Shown one piece after another: positions 1 through 9,616 of a stretch of DNA of 64,000 nt (its first letter is position 1; each line of letters opens with the position of its first letter). This stretch comes from Bdellovibrionales bacterium (GTDB taxonomy: Bacteria > Bdellovibrionota > Bdellovibrionia > Bdellovibrionales > UBA1609). The notes beneath the pieces were generated by a model, which did no database searches, was not told the origin of the DNA, and saw only the letters and a list, made by a program, of their open reading frames with translations. The stretch is from positions 128,001-192,000 of the forward strand of contig DAHVQG010000005.1 in assembly GCA_027317865.1 (NCBI GenBank). Reading direction: 5' to 3'. The translations under genes were made by a program, and so were the position numbers.

Positions 1-313
1 CTTTCATGTTAAAGACATGCTCGTAACCGCTTTGTTTGGCAAACGCGGTAGCGCGCGCAGATCTCGCCCCGCTTCGGCAAACGAATACAACGACTTCGTC
101 TTGCGGTATTTGTGAAAGTTCATTCGGGAGCGAACCTAGAGTCAAAAGCTTTGCTTCAGCGATGTGACCAAGTTCACCGATCCACTCGTCGTGTTCACGC
201 ACATCGACTATGCATACGCCGCTTTTGCACGCAAACACGTCTTCAACAGTTACCTCGATCACGTTCGGGTTCATTGGATTTGGCGTTTGCGAACGAAACG
301 GAATTTTTGGCAT
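1..313 (-). CDS. Rhodanese-like domain protein (runs off window start; not in ORF track)
   Basis: Manual translation: MPKIPFRSQ...IVDVREHDEWIGELGHI...VVFVCRSGARSARA...VFNMK; DVRE, GHI and CRSG motifs; GGGAG SD upstream. Confidence 0.9.
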   Translation of the reverse strand, partial: MPKIPFRSQTPNPMNPNVIEVTVEDVFACKSGVCIVDVREHDEWIGELGHIAEAKLLTLGSLPNELSQIPQDEVVVFVCRSGARSARATAFAKQSGYEHVFNMK

Positions 314-350
314 AAATCACTCCCTATTGCGCGCGACAGTGTGCGAGTGG

Positions 351-400
351 TTGAATCAGGTAATACGGCGGTTACAATTTAGCAAACTTTACTTTGCTAA
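351..400 (+). promoter_or_regulatory. sigma70-like promoter plus palindromic operator upstream of hppD
   Basis: TTGAAT-16-TACAAT (351-378) directly followed by perfect inverted repeat TTAGCAAA-N6-TTTGCTAA (379-400). Confidence 0.55.
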
Positions 401-475
401 GAAAACATGGTTTTTTGTTTTGGAATGGGCGCGAACAGCGCAATAGAAGTTTTTTGTACGTAAAGGAAATATCCT

Positions 476-1555
476 ATGGAAATGACGCGACACAACGAAA
501 AATCAATTGAAAATCCTATTGGGCTCGATGGTCTTGAGTTCATTGAATATTCGGCGCCGGATTCGGGCGAGCAACTTGAAAAATTATTTCGTCGCTGGGG
601 ATTTCAAAAGATCGGCGACCATAAAACAAAAAAGGTAAGTCTTTATGTGCAAGGGCTGATCCGGTTTATCGTGAATCGCGAAGACGATTCGTTTGCTCGT
701 GAGTTTAGTCAAGATCACGGCCCTTCGATCTGCGCAACCGGGTTTCGTGTGAAAGACGCCCAAAAAGCCATGGGCGAAGCTGTAAAACGAGGTGCAAAAC
801 CAGTTCCGCCGTCAAGGGATCATAGCTTTCCGGCGGTGTACGGTATCGGTAATTCGGTCATCTATTTTGTGGATCAATACGCGAAAGCGGGGGTTGCGGT
901 CAATTCCAAACCTTATTTTGTTTACGAAAATGATTTCAATCTTTCAACGCACAATAAAGTTCCCGGATATGGTCTTCTTACGATTGATCACCTGACCAAT
1001 AATGTTCCCAAAGGGGCGATGCAAGAGTGGTGCGATTTTTACAGACGCATCTTCAATTTTCGCGAAGTGCGATACTTCGACATAAAAGGCAAGCAGACGG
1101 GTTTGTATTCGAAAGTCATGCGCAGCCCCTGCGACAAAATTATTATTCCAATCAACGAGCCGGTAGGGGAAAAATCACAGATTCAAGAGTATCTAGAAGA
1201 ATACCGCGGGCCGGGCATTCAACACGTGGCGCTTCTGACCTCCGATATCATCACAAGTTTGCGGGGGCTCAAACAAGCCGACATCGAGTTTCTTGACACG
1301 ATTGAAACGTATTACGATTTGCTCCCGAAGCGGTTGCCGAACGTGACGGAAGACATCGATCAGTTGAAAGCGTTTAAAATATTGGCGGATGGCGATGAAG
1401 AGGGATATCTTCTTCAGATATTTTCAAAAAACCTGATTGGGCCCATCTTTTACGAAGTGATTCAGAGAAAAAATCATATGGGCTTTGGCGAGGGCAATTT
1501 TCAGGCTCTTTTTGATTCGATCGAAGAAGATCAACGACGCAGAGGGTATTTGTAG
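476..1555 (+). CDS. hppD: 4-hydroxyphenylpyruvate dioxygenase
   Basis: NPIGLDGLEFIEY, IDHLTNNV, GPGIQHVAL, FYEVIQRK..GFGEGNFQALF. Confidence 0.97.
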   Translation: MEMTRHNEKSIENPIGLDGLEFIEYSAPDSGEQLEKLFRRWGFQKIGDHKTKKVSLYVQGLIRFIVNREDDSFAREFSQDHGPSICATGFRVKDAQKAMGEAVKRGAKPVPPSRDHSFPAVYGIGNSVIYFVDQYAKAGVAVNSKPYFVYENDFNLSTHNKVPGYGLLTIDHLTNNVPKGAMQEWCDFYRRIFNFREVRYFDIKGKQTGLYSKVMRSPCDKIIIPINEPVGEKSQIQEYLEEYRGPGIQHVALLTSDIITSLRGLKQADIEFLDTIETYYDLLPKRLPNVTEDIDQLKAFKILADGDEEGYLLQIFSKNLIGPIFYEVIQRKNHMGFGEGNFQALFDSIEEDQRRRGYL

Positions 1556-1565
1556 GAGCAATTTT

Positions 1566-2666
1566 ATGCACCAGTACACGCAAGGCAAACCAACAAAACA
1601 AGCGCACAAGGCCATTCCCGACGGTTGTTACGAAGAGGAGCAGGGGTTGAAAGGCTTTTTTGGCCCGGTTTCGCATCTCATCCGAAAAAAACCGAGTACG
1701 CGATGGAACAAAATTGAAGGCGAGCTTAAGCCGCGCATGTTTGATTTGGTGAAGCTTGAACAGGGCGGAAGGCAGCGTCTGTTCTACAATTCGGCGCTTA
1801 ACGTGTACTGGTCGTGGGAGAGCCCCAAAGCTCCGGATCAACTTAAAGCATTTCGGTCGTCTGACGGTGATCTTCTTTATTTTTGCCACCGTGGTGCCGG
1901 TGAAGTTTTTACTGAATATGGGCTTCTTACCTATCGAGCGGGTCACTACATTAATATTCCAAAGTGCATTGCGCACACAATTGTCGCCAAATCTCCGAGC
2001 GTATTTTTTGCTGTCGAAAACCTCAACAGTCATTTTGAAGAACCGGCGCGCGGAATAGTCGGGCGTCACGCCGTTTACGACATTAACGCCCTCGGCAAAC
2101 CGGATCTCGATCAGTTGCACGCGCGTCTTGATGAACTCGGGCAGCCGGTTTGCGAAATCGAAGTTAAGCATGAAGAGAAAACGACACGCTTTTTTTACGA
2201 CGAAACCATTTACGATGTCGTTGGTTGGAAGGGCGATCTTTTTCCGTTTACGCTCCACATGGATGACATGATGCCACTCATGTCTCATCGTGCCCATTTG
2301 CCGCCATCGGCGCACTCGACCCTTGTCGCGCGTGACTTTGTGGTTTGCACTTTTTTGCCGCGGCCTCTTGAGCGGGACGCGGATGCTTTAAAAGTTCCGT
2401 TTTATCACCAAAACATAGACTACGACGAAATCATCTTTTATCACGACGGCAATTTTTTTAGCCGCGACAATCTTCATGCCGGGATGCTTTCGCTTCATCC
2501 TTCGGGCTTTCCGCATGGGCCGCATCCAAAAGCGGTGCGCGGGATTTCAAATAAAACCGAAACTAACGAATATGCCGTTATGGTGGATTCGCGACTGCGC
2601 CTCAATCGTGAACCGGTTTTATCTAACATCGAGATGACGAATTATTGGCAATCGTGGATGGGTTAA
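1566..2666 (+). CDS. hmgA: Homogentisate 1,2-dioxygenase
   Basis: HLPPSAH, PFYHQNIDYDE, LHPSGFPHGPHP; AGGAG SD before ATG 1566; follows hppD. Confidence 0.92.
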   Translation: MHQYTQGKPTKQAHKAIPDGCYEEEQGLKGFFGPVSHLIRKKPSTRWNKIEGELKPRMFDLVKLEQGGRQRLFYNSALNVYWSWESPKAPDQLKAFRSSDGDLLYFCHRGAGEVFTEYGLLTYRAGHYINIPKCIAHTIVAKSPSVFFAVENLNSHFEEPARGIVGRHAVYDINALGKPDLDQLHARLDELGQPVCEIEVKHEEKTTRFFYDETIYDVVGWKGDLFPFTLHMDDMMPLMSHRAHLPPSAHSTLVARDFVVCTFLPRPLERDADALKVPFYHQNIDYDEIIFYHDGNFFSRDNLHAGMLSLHPSGFPHGPHPKAVRGISNKTETNEYAVMVDSRLRLNREPVLSNIEMTNYWQSWMG

Positions 2667-2696
2667 TTTGCACTCTAGAGTGAAGGAGCCGTAACA

Positions 2697-3845
2697 ATGC
2701 TCACGCCGCTTGGGGCAATGAAACTCGCAATCGCCGAAGCGCGAAAGGGATTTGGTTTTGTAAGCCCCAATCCACCGGTTGGCTGCGTGATTCTCGATCG
2801 TGATGGGAATTTTTTGGCCAAAGGGTATCATCGAAAATTTGGTAGCGATCACGCCGAAATCGATGCGCTTAAGCAGATTCAAAACGAAAAGGCTCTTGAT
2901 GGGGCGACTGTTTATGTGACACTCGAACCGTGCGCCCATTTTGGTAAAACCCCGCCCTGCGCCGTTGCTCTTGCAAAACTGCCGGTCGCGAAAGTCGTAT
3001 ACGGTCTAAAAGATCCGAATCTTTTGGTATCGGGTCAAGGGCTTGAAATTTTAAAGCGAGCGAAAATATCAGTTCAGCCGGTGGGCGAGTTGGTTGGTGA
3101 TGCGGCGACAGAGTTGATTGGCGAACTGGAAGACCTCGCCGAAGTTTTTTTGCTCAATCATCGTGAAAAAAAATCGTTTGTTTCGGTCAAAATTGCAACC
3201 ACTTTGGATGGTCAGATTGCGCATGTTTCGGGTGAAAGCAAATGGCTTACCGGCGATAATTCGCGAGAGCATGCTCAGTATTTGCGGGGTATCCACGACG
3301 CGGTCATGATTGGCGCGGGGACATTCCGCCAAGACAATCCCAAACTCAATGTGCGCCATTCACGATTTTCGGGTAAGTCAAATTACGCAATTATTGTGAA
3401 CTCAAAAGGGGATTTGCTGGACCAAATTGCCGATTCTGAATTGTTGAACTGTCATGAGCCGGGGCGAGTGATTGTGGCCGTTGGCGAGTCGAGTAAAAAT
3501 TTGCGTCGTTTTGAACGTAAGTCCGAGATATTAAATAAGGTTCAGATTTGGCCCTTGCCGGAAAAAAATGGGCTTATTAAATTGAGCGCGCTCTTTGAAA
3601 AAGCTTTTGATACAGGACTTTCATCCATTTTTGTTGAAGGCGGCGCGCGTCTTGTCTCAAACCTAATTGTTGAAGGGCATGTCCATCGTCTTTACCAGTT
3701 CGTTGCGCCGCAACTCTTGGGGGCAAAGTCAGGGAAACCCTTTACGGAGGGGCTGGACATTCCTAAATTTTCTGATCGCATTATCGTCGAAAGGCCAGCG
3801 TGGCTACCCTTGGGTGACGATGTTTTACTCACGGGGCGGCTGTAG
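2697..3845 (+). CDS. ribD: Bifunctional riboflavin biosynthesis deaminase/reductase
   Basis: SPNPPVGCV, HAE, TLEPCAHFGKTPPC, VEGGA. Confidence 0.96.
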   Translation: MLTPLGAMKLAIAEARKGFGFVSPNPPVGCVILDRDGNFLAKGYHRKFGSDHAEIDALKQIQNEKALDGATVYVTLEPCAHFGKTPPCAVALAKLPVAKVVYGLKDPNLLVSGQGLEILKRAKISVQPVGELVGDAATELIGELEDLAEVFLLNHREKKSFVSVKIATTLDGQIAHVSGESKWLTGDNSREHAQYLRGIHDAVMIGAGTFRQDNPKLNVRHSRFSGKSNYAIIVNSKGDLLDQIADSELLNCHEPGRVIVAVGESSKNLRRFERKSEILNKVQIWPLPEKNGLIKLSALFEKAFDTGLSSIFVEGGARLVSNLIVEGHVHRLYQFVAPQLLGAKSGKPFTEGLDIPKFSDRIIVERPAWLPLGDDVLLTGRL

Positions 3846-3881
3846 GCCAACCTATTAAATGCCGATAAGTCGCATGAACTT

Positions 3882-4730
3882 ATGGGCGCTCCAAAATTAA
3901 TCGATATGGAAACTCTTTACGGCAATTTAATTCTAGAACCGCTGCGCGGCAGCGTGAACTGGCAACGCATCTGCGTCGTCGAGTCGGAAATCCCGTCTGA
4001 GGTTTTTCGCCTGGCGCTCAATTATGATTCCGCACATGTGGTCCAAACAAAAAATCCTTACTTTGCAAACGACCTCAATACGGCGGCTCTTTTTGCAAAA
4101 GACAAAGACGCCTTTTCGCGCGCCCCGCTTTCTGCCATATTGGCGCCCGACAGGTGCGATGAAAAGAGCGAAACGGAGCTCAAAATTTTTGAGCAAACGT
4201 TCACCTCTTCAATTGAAAAACCACAGATATTGATAAATGCGGAGTCCGCGCTTAACGGGCTCTCGATTGCCGGGTCGCTCATTGCCGATATCATCGTGAT
4301 CGTCGACGAAATGATCACAAACGCGGTGTACAATGCGCCATTTGTCGACCTGCAAAATACAAATTCAGGACCGCGTCACCGGCAAAATGAAGTCCATATG
4401 CCCAGTGGCAAATCGGCGCGAATTTTTATCGGCGCAGACAAAGACCGGATTGCGATCGGCTGCAAGGATCTCTACGGGACGCTAAACGTAAACAAATTAT
4501 TCGCACGCATCAAGAATTGCTATGATACCTCGGTCGGCGATAATATTAATTTTTCCGGAGCGGGCGGAGCCGGCATCGGCTCGTATATGATTTTTAATTC
4601 TTCAGCGAGTTATTTTGCGGAGGTGAAAATCGAAACACACACTATCGTCTGTTGTACCGTTCCCATTCGAATGAGCAGTCGGGGGCGGCAGAAAATCGTT
4701 AAGAACTTACATTTTTCAACTTATAAATGA
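3882..4730 (+). CDS. RsbW/SpoIIAB-like GHKL ATPase (anti-sigma kinase-like)
   Basis: N-box DEMITNAVYN, G1-like KDLYG, G2-like GAGIG; precedes a STAS protein. Confidence 0.6.
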   Translation: MGAPKLIDMETLYGNLILEPLRGSVNWQRICVVESEIPSEVFRLALNYDSAHVVQTKNPYFANDLNTAALFAKDKDAFSRAPLSAILAPDRCDEKSETELKIFEQTFTSSIEKPQILINAESALNGLSIAGSLIADIIVIVDEMITNAVYNAPFVDLQNTNSGPRHRQNEVHMPSGKSARIFIGADKDRIAIGCKDLYGTLNVNKLFARIKNCYDTSVGDNINFSGAGGAGIGSYMIFNSSASYFAEVKIETHTIVCCTVPIRMSSRGRQKIVKNLHFSTYK

Positions 4731-4746
4731 ACAAAAAGAGGTTAAC

Positions 4747-5220
4747 ATGGGCCAATTCACAGCTGAAAAAAATCAAGCAGGAGACGAACTCGTCATACGG
4801 CTCGCCGGCCACATTGACGAAGATGCAACGTTTAACGATTTAGGTCTTGCCGGGGCAGGAAAAATCACGCTTGAGCTTGAAGGTGTCAGCGCGATCAATT
4901 CCTGCGGCATTCGCGAGTGGATTAAATGGGTGCGAACCGCGCCTGAAACAGCGAAGATTGTTTACAAGAAATGCCCAAAGGTCATTGTGGACCAAATTAA
5001 TATGGTTGCGGGCTTTTTGCCCAGTAATGCTAAGGTCGAATCTTTTTTTGTTCCCTATTATTCGGACGCATCGGGCGCTGAAAAAATGATTTTGTTCACG
5101 GAGGGCAAAGAGTTTAACGGCCCCGAAGTTCATGCCCCTGCGGAAGTGAAAGACGATTCGGGAGAGGTTATGGAGATGGACGTAATCGAGGCGAAATATT
5201 TTAAATTTTTGCAAAAGTGA
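4747..5220 (+). CDS. STAS-domain (anti-anti-sigma-like) protein
   Basis: LAGHIDE...LEGVSAINSCGIREW, with Ser at the usual phosphoacceptor position. Confidence 0.7.
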   Translation: MGQFTAEKNQAGDELVIRLAGHIDEDATFNDLGLAGAGKITLELEGVSAINSCGIREWIKWVRTAPETAKIVYKKCPKVIVDQINMVAGFLPSNAKVESFFVPYYSDASGAEKMILFTEGKEFNGPEVHAPAEVKDDSGEVMEMDVIEAKYFKFLQK

Positions 5221-7139
5221 TGGAATATACTTTTTTTGACGGATTAATTGATTCGGTCTTTGTGATCGGTCGCGATCGCGAGATCGTTTATTGTAACGAG
5301 GCCGCAGCGAAACTCTGCGAATCGTCGGTGCGCCGTCTTGTTCGCGGCAAGGCGATTTTTGACGTCATTGAATTTTCAAACAAGAACCTATTCGTTATGG
5401 GCGGCACTACAGGTGAAACTGAACCCGCGCCCTATCAAGAAATTGAGTTTAACCTAAAAAACGATGAAAAATCCGGCAAAGTGCAACTTGCGATTCAACC
5501 GTTCAGTGAACCTTCGGGCGAAAACCGGTGGGTGATTATTGTTCGCGACGTGACGATCGAAGAAGTGCTCCACGCGAAATATCATAAGCAACTTGAAGAA
5601 AAAGAAGTTTATATCGGGCAGTTGCAAGTCGCGCAAAAAAAGCTCGAAGAATATTCTAAAAACCTCGAGCAAATGGTCGAAGAGCGCACCGGTGAAGTAA
5701 AGCGCGCCAACGTCATGTTAAACGCAATTATGAACAGCCTCGGCCAAGGTTTTTTTGCTTTTGACGAAAGCGGGGATTGTGCGGACTTTTATACGCGTGC
5801 ATGCGTTGAAATTCTAGAAGCCGAACCGGCCCGAAAAAAGGTGTGGGATGTTCTAAGGCTTGACGAAAAGGAAGCCTCCACGTTCAAGCTTTGGATGAAG
5901 TCGATATTTTCAGAAGCGCTACCGTTTGATTCTCTCCGCGAGCTTGGGCCGTCGCTATTTCATCACTCGGCCGGACGGCACATTGAGCTTGAATATTTTC
6001 CGATTCGCGATACGGCAAGTTCTGGCCATGATGACGGCGGCGCTATTCGAAATGTTGTTGTCGTCGCAACTGATCGAACTTCAGAATTTCTCGCCAACCA
6101 AGCACTTGAACGGGAGAAAAAATTCGCGCGCATGGTGGTCAAACTTGTAACGGCACGGCGCCCTTTTTCACAGTTTCTTGTAAGCGCCCGGCAAACAATC
6201 GACGACGTGTATGAGCGGTCGGCGCGCGCACTTAAACGACAAGCAGCAAGCTATGACAGCGACGAAAGAGCCTGGCTTTACCGGGCATTGCATACTTTAG
6301 AAGGTGAATCCGCAATTTACTCGATTCAGGAATTGTGGGCGGGCGCGCGCAAATGTCAGGAAGTATTAAGCGCCAGTTCGACAATATTGGAATTTAACAG
6401 GTCCGTTGAAGCTTTAAAAAAGCAATATGAAGAGTTTTTGAGCGTTAATCACAATTTATTTTCGAGTCTCGGAGTGTTTGAAGGCGGCTCGCGGGTGGAG
6501 CTTTCGCAAGACGACATCAACGATCTTCTTGCGCAACTTAAAAAAGCGGGAACATCTCCGCAGATTTTTGAACTTGTCGTAGAGAAACTAGAAAAAGAAA
6601 CGATATCAAGGCTTTTGGAGCATTATAGTGATTCGGTTGAGGTGCTGGCAAAAAAATTGAACAAAAGTGTTGCGCCACTTAAAATCACAGGCGGAGATCA
6701 GCGGATTTTTGCTGAGCCTTACAAGAATCTTTTTTCGTCGTTCATTCACGTGTTTAGAAATTGTCTAGATCACGGTATTGAATCTAGCGAAGACAGAATC
6801 GCCGCCGGCAAGTCGCCCGAAGGGCATATTGAAATTCGAGTCGAGCCGTTTCAAGAGAAAATGGGCGGGACAAAAAAGAATTGGTTGCGTATTCAGATTA
6901 TCGACGATGGGCGAGGCATCCCCGCGGACGTGATTCCTCGAGTATTTCAAGCGGGGTTTAGCACTCGAACTGAAGTCGGTGAATATTCCGGACGTGGCGT
7001 TGGCATGAACGTCATAGCGGTTGAAGCAGAGGCACTCGGCGGTCGCGCCAGGATCTCGTCCCAGATCGGCAAAGGCACTTCAACAATTATCGAAATACCC
7101 GAGTTACAACAGGTTGCAAGGCAATCAACTGCTGCGTAA
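5217..7139 (+). CDS. PAS/Hpt/HATPase CheA-like histidine kinase, no CheW domain
   Basis: N-terminal PAS, Hpt RALHTLEG, HVFRNCLDHGIE, DDGRG, GFST, SGRGVGM. Confidence 0.85.
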   Translation: MMEYTFFDGLIDSVFVIGRDREIVYCNEAAAKLCESSVRRLVRGKAIFDVIEFSNKNLFVMGGTTGETEPAPYQEIEFNLKNDEKSGKVQLAIQPFSEPSGENRWVIIVRDVTIEEVLHAKYHKQLEEKEVYIGQLQVAQKKLEEYSKNLEQMVEERTGEVKRANVMLNAIMNSLGQGFFAFDESGDCADFYTRACVEILEAEPARKKVWDVLRLDEKEASTFKLWMKSIFSEALPFDSLRELGPSLFHHSAGRHIELEYFPIRDTASSGHDDGGAIRNVVVVATDRTSEFLANQALEREKKFARMVVKLVTARRPFSQFLVSARQTIDDVYERSARALKRQAASYDSDERAWLYRALHTLEGESAIYSIQELWAGARKCQEVLSASSTILEFNRSVEALKKQYEEFLSVNHNLFSSLGVFEGGSRVELSQDDINDLLAQLKKAGTSPQIFELVVEKLEKETISRLLEHYSDSVEVLAKKLNKSVAPLKITGGDQRIFAEPYKNLFSSFIHVFRNCLDHGIESSEDRIAAGKSPEGHIEIRVEPFQEKMGGTKKNWLRIQIIDDGRGIPADVIPRVFQAGFSTRTEVGEYSGRGVGMNVIAVEAEALGGRARISSQIGKGTSTIIEIPELQQVARQSTAA

Positions 7140-7167
7140 AGTAGATGGTTGATTGTGGGAGGTCGAA

Positions 7168-7581
7168 GTGTTTCCTAAAGAATCACACATTCTTGTTGTT
7201 GATGACTCCATTAATATTCGAAATATCGTTTGCGACAATTTAAAGCGCTTGGGTTTTTCGAAGATGGAGACGGCTCCCGATGCCAACGACGCTTTTAGTA
7301 AACTCGTGTCTTATTCGAAGACTCCCAATCCGGTTACGTTGATTTTATCCGATCTCAATATGCCCGGACCATCAGGCATCGATTTTCTCAAGCAGGTTCG
7401 AGAAATTGACAAGTTTAAAGAGTTGCCGTTTGTTCTGATTACAACTGAGAGTGAAAAGCAGGCGGTCATCCAGGCGGCATTGGCCGGCGTCAGTGCGTAT
7501 ATTGTTAAGCCATTTAACCTTGAAACGTTAACGAAGCGCCTGCAAGAGGCTTGGAAAAAGCATCACCCGCCAGCGCCGTAA
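7168..7581 (+). CDS. CheY-like response regulator
   Basis: ILVVDD, SDLNMP, LITTE, YIVKPF; GGAGG before GTG 7168. Confidence 0.9.
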   Translation: MFPKESHILVVDDSINIRNIVCDNLKRLGFSKMETAPDANDAFSKLVSYSKTPNPVTLILSDLNMPGPSGIDFLKQVREIDKFKELPFVLITTESEKQAVIQAALAGVSAYIVKPFNLETLTKRLQEAWKKHHPPAP

Positions 7582-7660
7582 AAAGCTCGATATAATACCG
7601 ACCTGGCTATACTAAGGGCCAGAAAGCATTTGGCGATTTTTGCCGATAAAGAATCTGGCC

Positions 7661-9607
7661 ATGAAAAAAACCGAGATCAACGTTCTAATTGTTGAGGATG
7701 ACAAAACGCAACTCGAGGCGCTTTCAAAGGGTATTGAGCGTCGCGGTTACCGACCCGTTCCGGTCTCACGGCCGGAAGAAGCGGCGAGTGTTGTAAAAAT
7801 TAAGCCGATACACGTGCTAATTGTTGACGTCATGTTGCCGGGCAAAAACGGCGTCGATCTCGTCCTGGGCCTTAAAGAAAATTTACTCGACGGGGCCGCA
7901 ATTTACTTCACCTCGGGCGTTTATCGCGATCGCGGTTTTATTGCAGATGCGGTTAAAAACTCCGGGGCGATAGAATATTTCATAAAGCCATTTGATATCG
8001 AAAAATTGCTGACGTCGCTTGAAAAGCAATTAGCCGCTTATGTGGATGTTCCAAAGATCGATCTCTATAATTTGCTCGCGACGCCATTTGCATCCGAGCG
8101 CGAACGCCGCCGAGCACTAGATCATGTTGAATCCATCACGGGCTACGATTTGCCGTTTGTATTTTGTATTTTAGCGGATTCAAAAAGTAGCGGTCACCTG
8201 AACATCGTCGATGAAAAGCAAAACATTTCGGGAATCACTTTTTGCCAGGGTAAAATCGTAAAAGTCGATAGCGAAAATACGATTTTGCAAACCAAGAAAC
8301 TTCTTATTCAACATGGTTTTATTACGGAGCGTGAACTGAGCGAATTTAAAGGCCAAGGTAGCGGCCACGATCTTGTTAAGTCGCTCATCAATGAGGGACT
8401 AATGAGCCCCCATGTTCCATCTATTATACAAACCGAAACCATAGTCGCTGAAATTGCCAAGCTTATTATCCCGGAACGAATCAACATTAACTTTGTTCCA
8501 GACCGAAAAATTGAGCCTAGCTCCGATCATCTCGACATGTCGTTTCTTATCCATCAGCTAAATGATTTCATACAAACGATTATACCTGCGGATTGGCTTA
8601 AGAGTTTCTATAAACCATGGTCAGGATTTCCGGTTCAACAAGGGCCGGGATTTAAAGACCTAGCGCAATTTGCCAATCTGTCAACTTTGCAGGCGGCAAA
8701 ACATTTGATTCCCGCCATTAAGGATGACATTACAATTGATGAACTCATTTCAAGCAATATTGCCAATGAAGAAATCGTTTTGAAGGCGCTCCATCTTCTG
8801 ATGTTGCGACGGGTGTTCGTGTTTAAAGAAACGCGCAAGGCAGTCAGTTTCGATGAACACATCGGGCGGATTCGCTCCATGTACGAGGCGCTTCACGATA
8901 AAAATCCATTTGAAATATTTAAATACTTCGGTCTTGGCGAAAAGCCGAAGCCGGCTGACGTGGCGCGAGTTTACAAAGAATTCGCCAAGGCAAACCATCC
9001 CGATATATTGCCGGCAAAGATCGATCCAGAAATTAAAAAACTCAACGATGACTTGTTTTCTAAGGTAACGGCGGCGTACGAAATTTTAAGCAATGAAGAA
9101 AAGCGCCAAGCATTCATGAATTCGCTCAAACAAGCGGAAGCTGAAATGCAGATTAAAAGCGATGAGCTTGTGACGACAGCTGCAGCGGCCTTGAACAAGG
9201 GGCGATACAGCGAGGGGCTACAAGCGCTTTTGAAAGCGGAGAAGCTTTATTCTTCCGAGCGGAGCCGTTTGCATCTTCTATGGGCAAAGCTAAAACTCGA
9301 CGGACAAATGCCAGCGGAGCAGCTGCCCGAAGCCGAAGATGAGTTACGTAAAATGTCGGCCGGCACGCGCAATACGGGGCTTTGGCACTATGTATTTGGT
9401 TTATGTAAGGTGCAACAAGGTGATATCAAGGTCGCGCAAGATTATGTGCGAAAAGCGCTTCAAGAAGACGCCAATTTAATGGATGCGCGCCGTGAACTCG
9501 TTGCGCTCAAAGCACAAGTGCCGAAGAAATTGTCAACCGAAGACATTTTAACTGGTGATATCTCACAAGTAATTAAAGGGTTTTTCGGTGGTAAAAAAGG
9601 CGCGTAA
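7661..9607 (+). CDS. Receiver + central (DUF4388-like) + DnaJ J-domain + TPR protein
   Basis: VLIVEDD/DVMLP/FIKPF; J-domain ANHPD...VTAAYEILSNEEKR; helical TPR-like C-terminus. Confidence 0.8.
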   Translation: MKKTEINVLIVEDDKTQLEALSKGIERRGYRPVPVSRPEEAASVVKIKPIHVLIVDVMLPGKNGVDLVLGLKENLLDGAAIYFTSGVYRDRGFIADAVKNSGAIEYFIKPFDIEKLLTSLEKQLAAYVDVPKIDLYNLLATPFASERERRRALDHVESITGYDLPFVFCILADSKSSGHLNIVDEKQNISGITFCQGKIVKVDSENTILQTKKLLIQHGFITERELSEFKGQGSGHDLVKSLINEGLMSPHVPSIIQTETIVAEIAKLIIPERININFVPDRKIEPSSDHLDMSFLIHQLNDFIQTIIPADWLKSFYKPWSGFPVQQGPGFKDLAQFANLSTLQAAKHLIPAIKDDITIDELISSNIANEEIVLKALHLLMLRRVFVFKETRKAVSFDEHIGRIRSMYEALHDKNPFEIFKYFGLGEKPKPADVARVYKEFAKANHPDILPAKIDPEIKKLNDDLFSKVTAAYEILSNEEKRQAFMNSLKQAEAEMQIKSDELVTTAAAALNKGRYSEGLQALLKAEKLYSSERSRLHLLWAKLKLDGQMPAEQLPEAEDELRKMSAGTRNTGLWHYVFGLCKVQQGDIKVAQDYVRKALQEDANLMDARRELVALKAQVPKKLSTEDILTGDISQVIKGFFGGKKGA

Positions 9608-9616
9608 AAGATCCGT

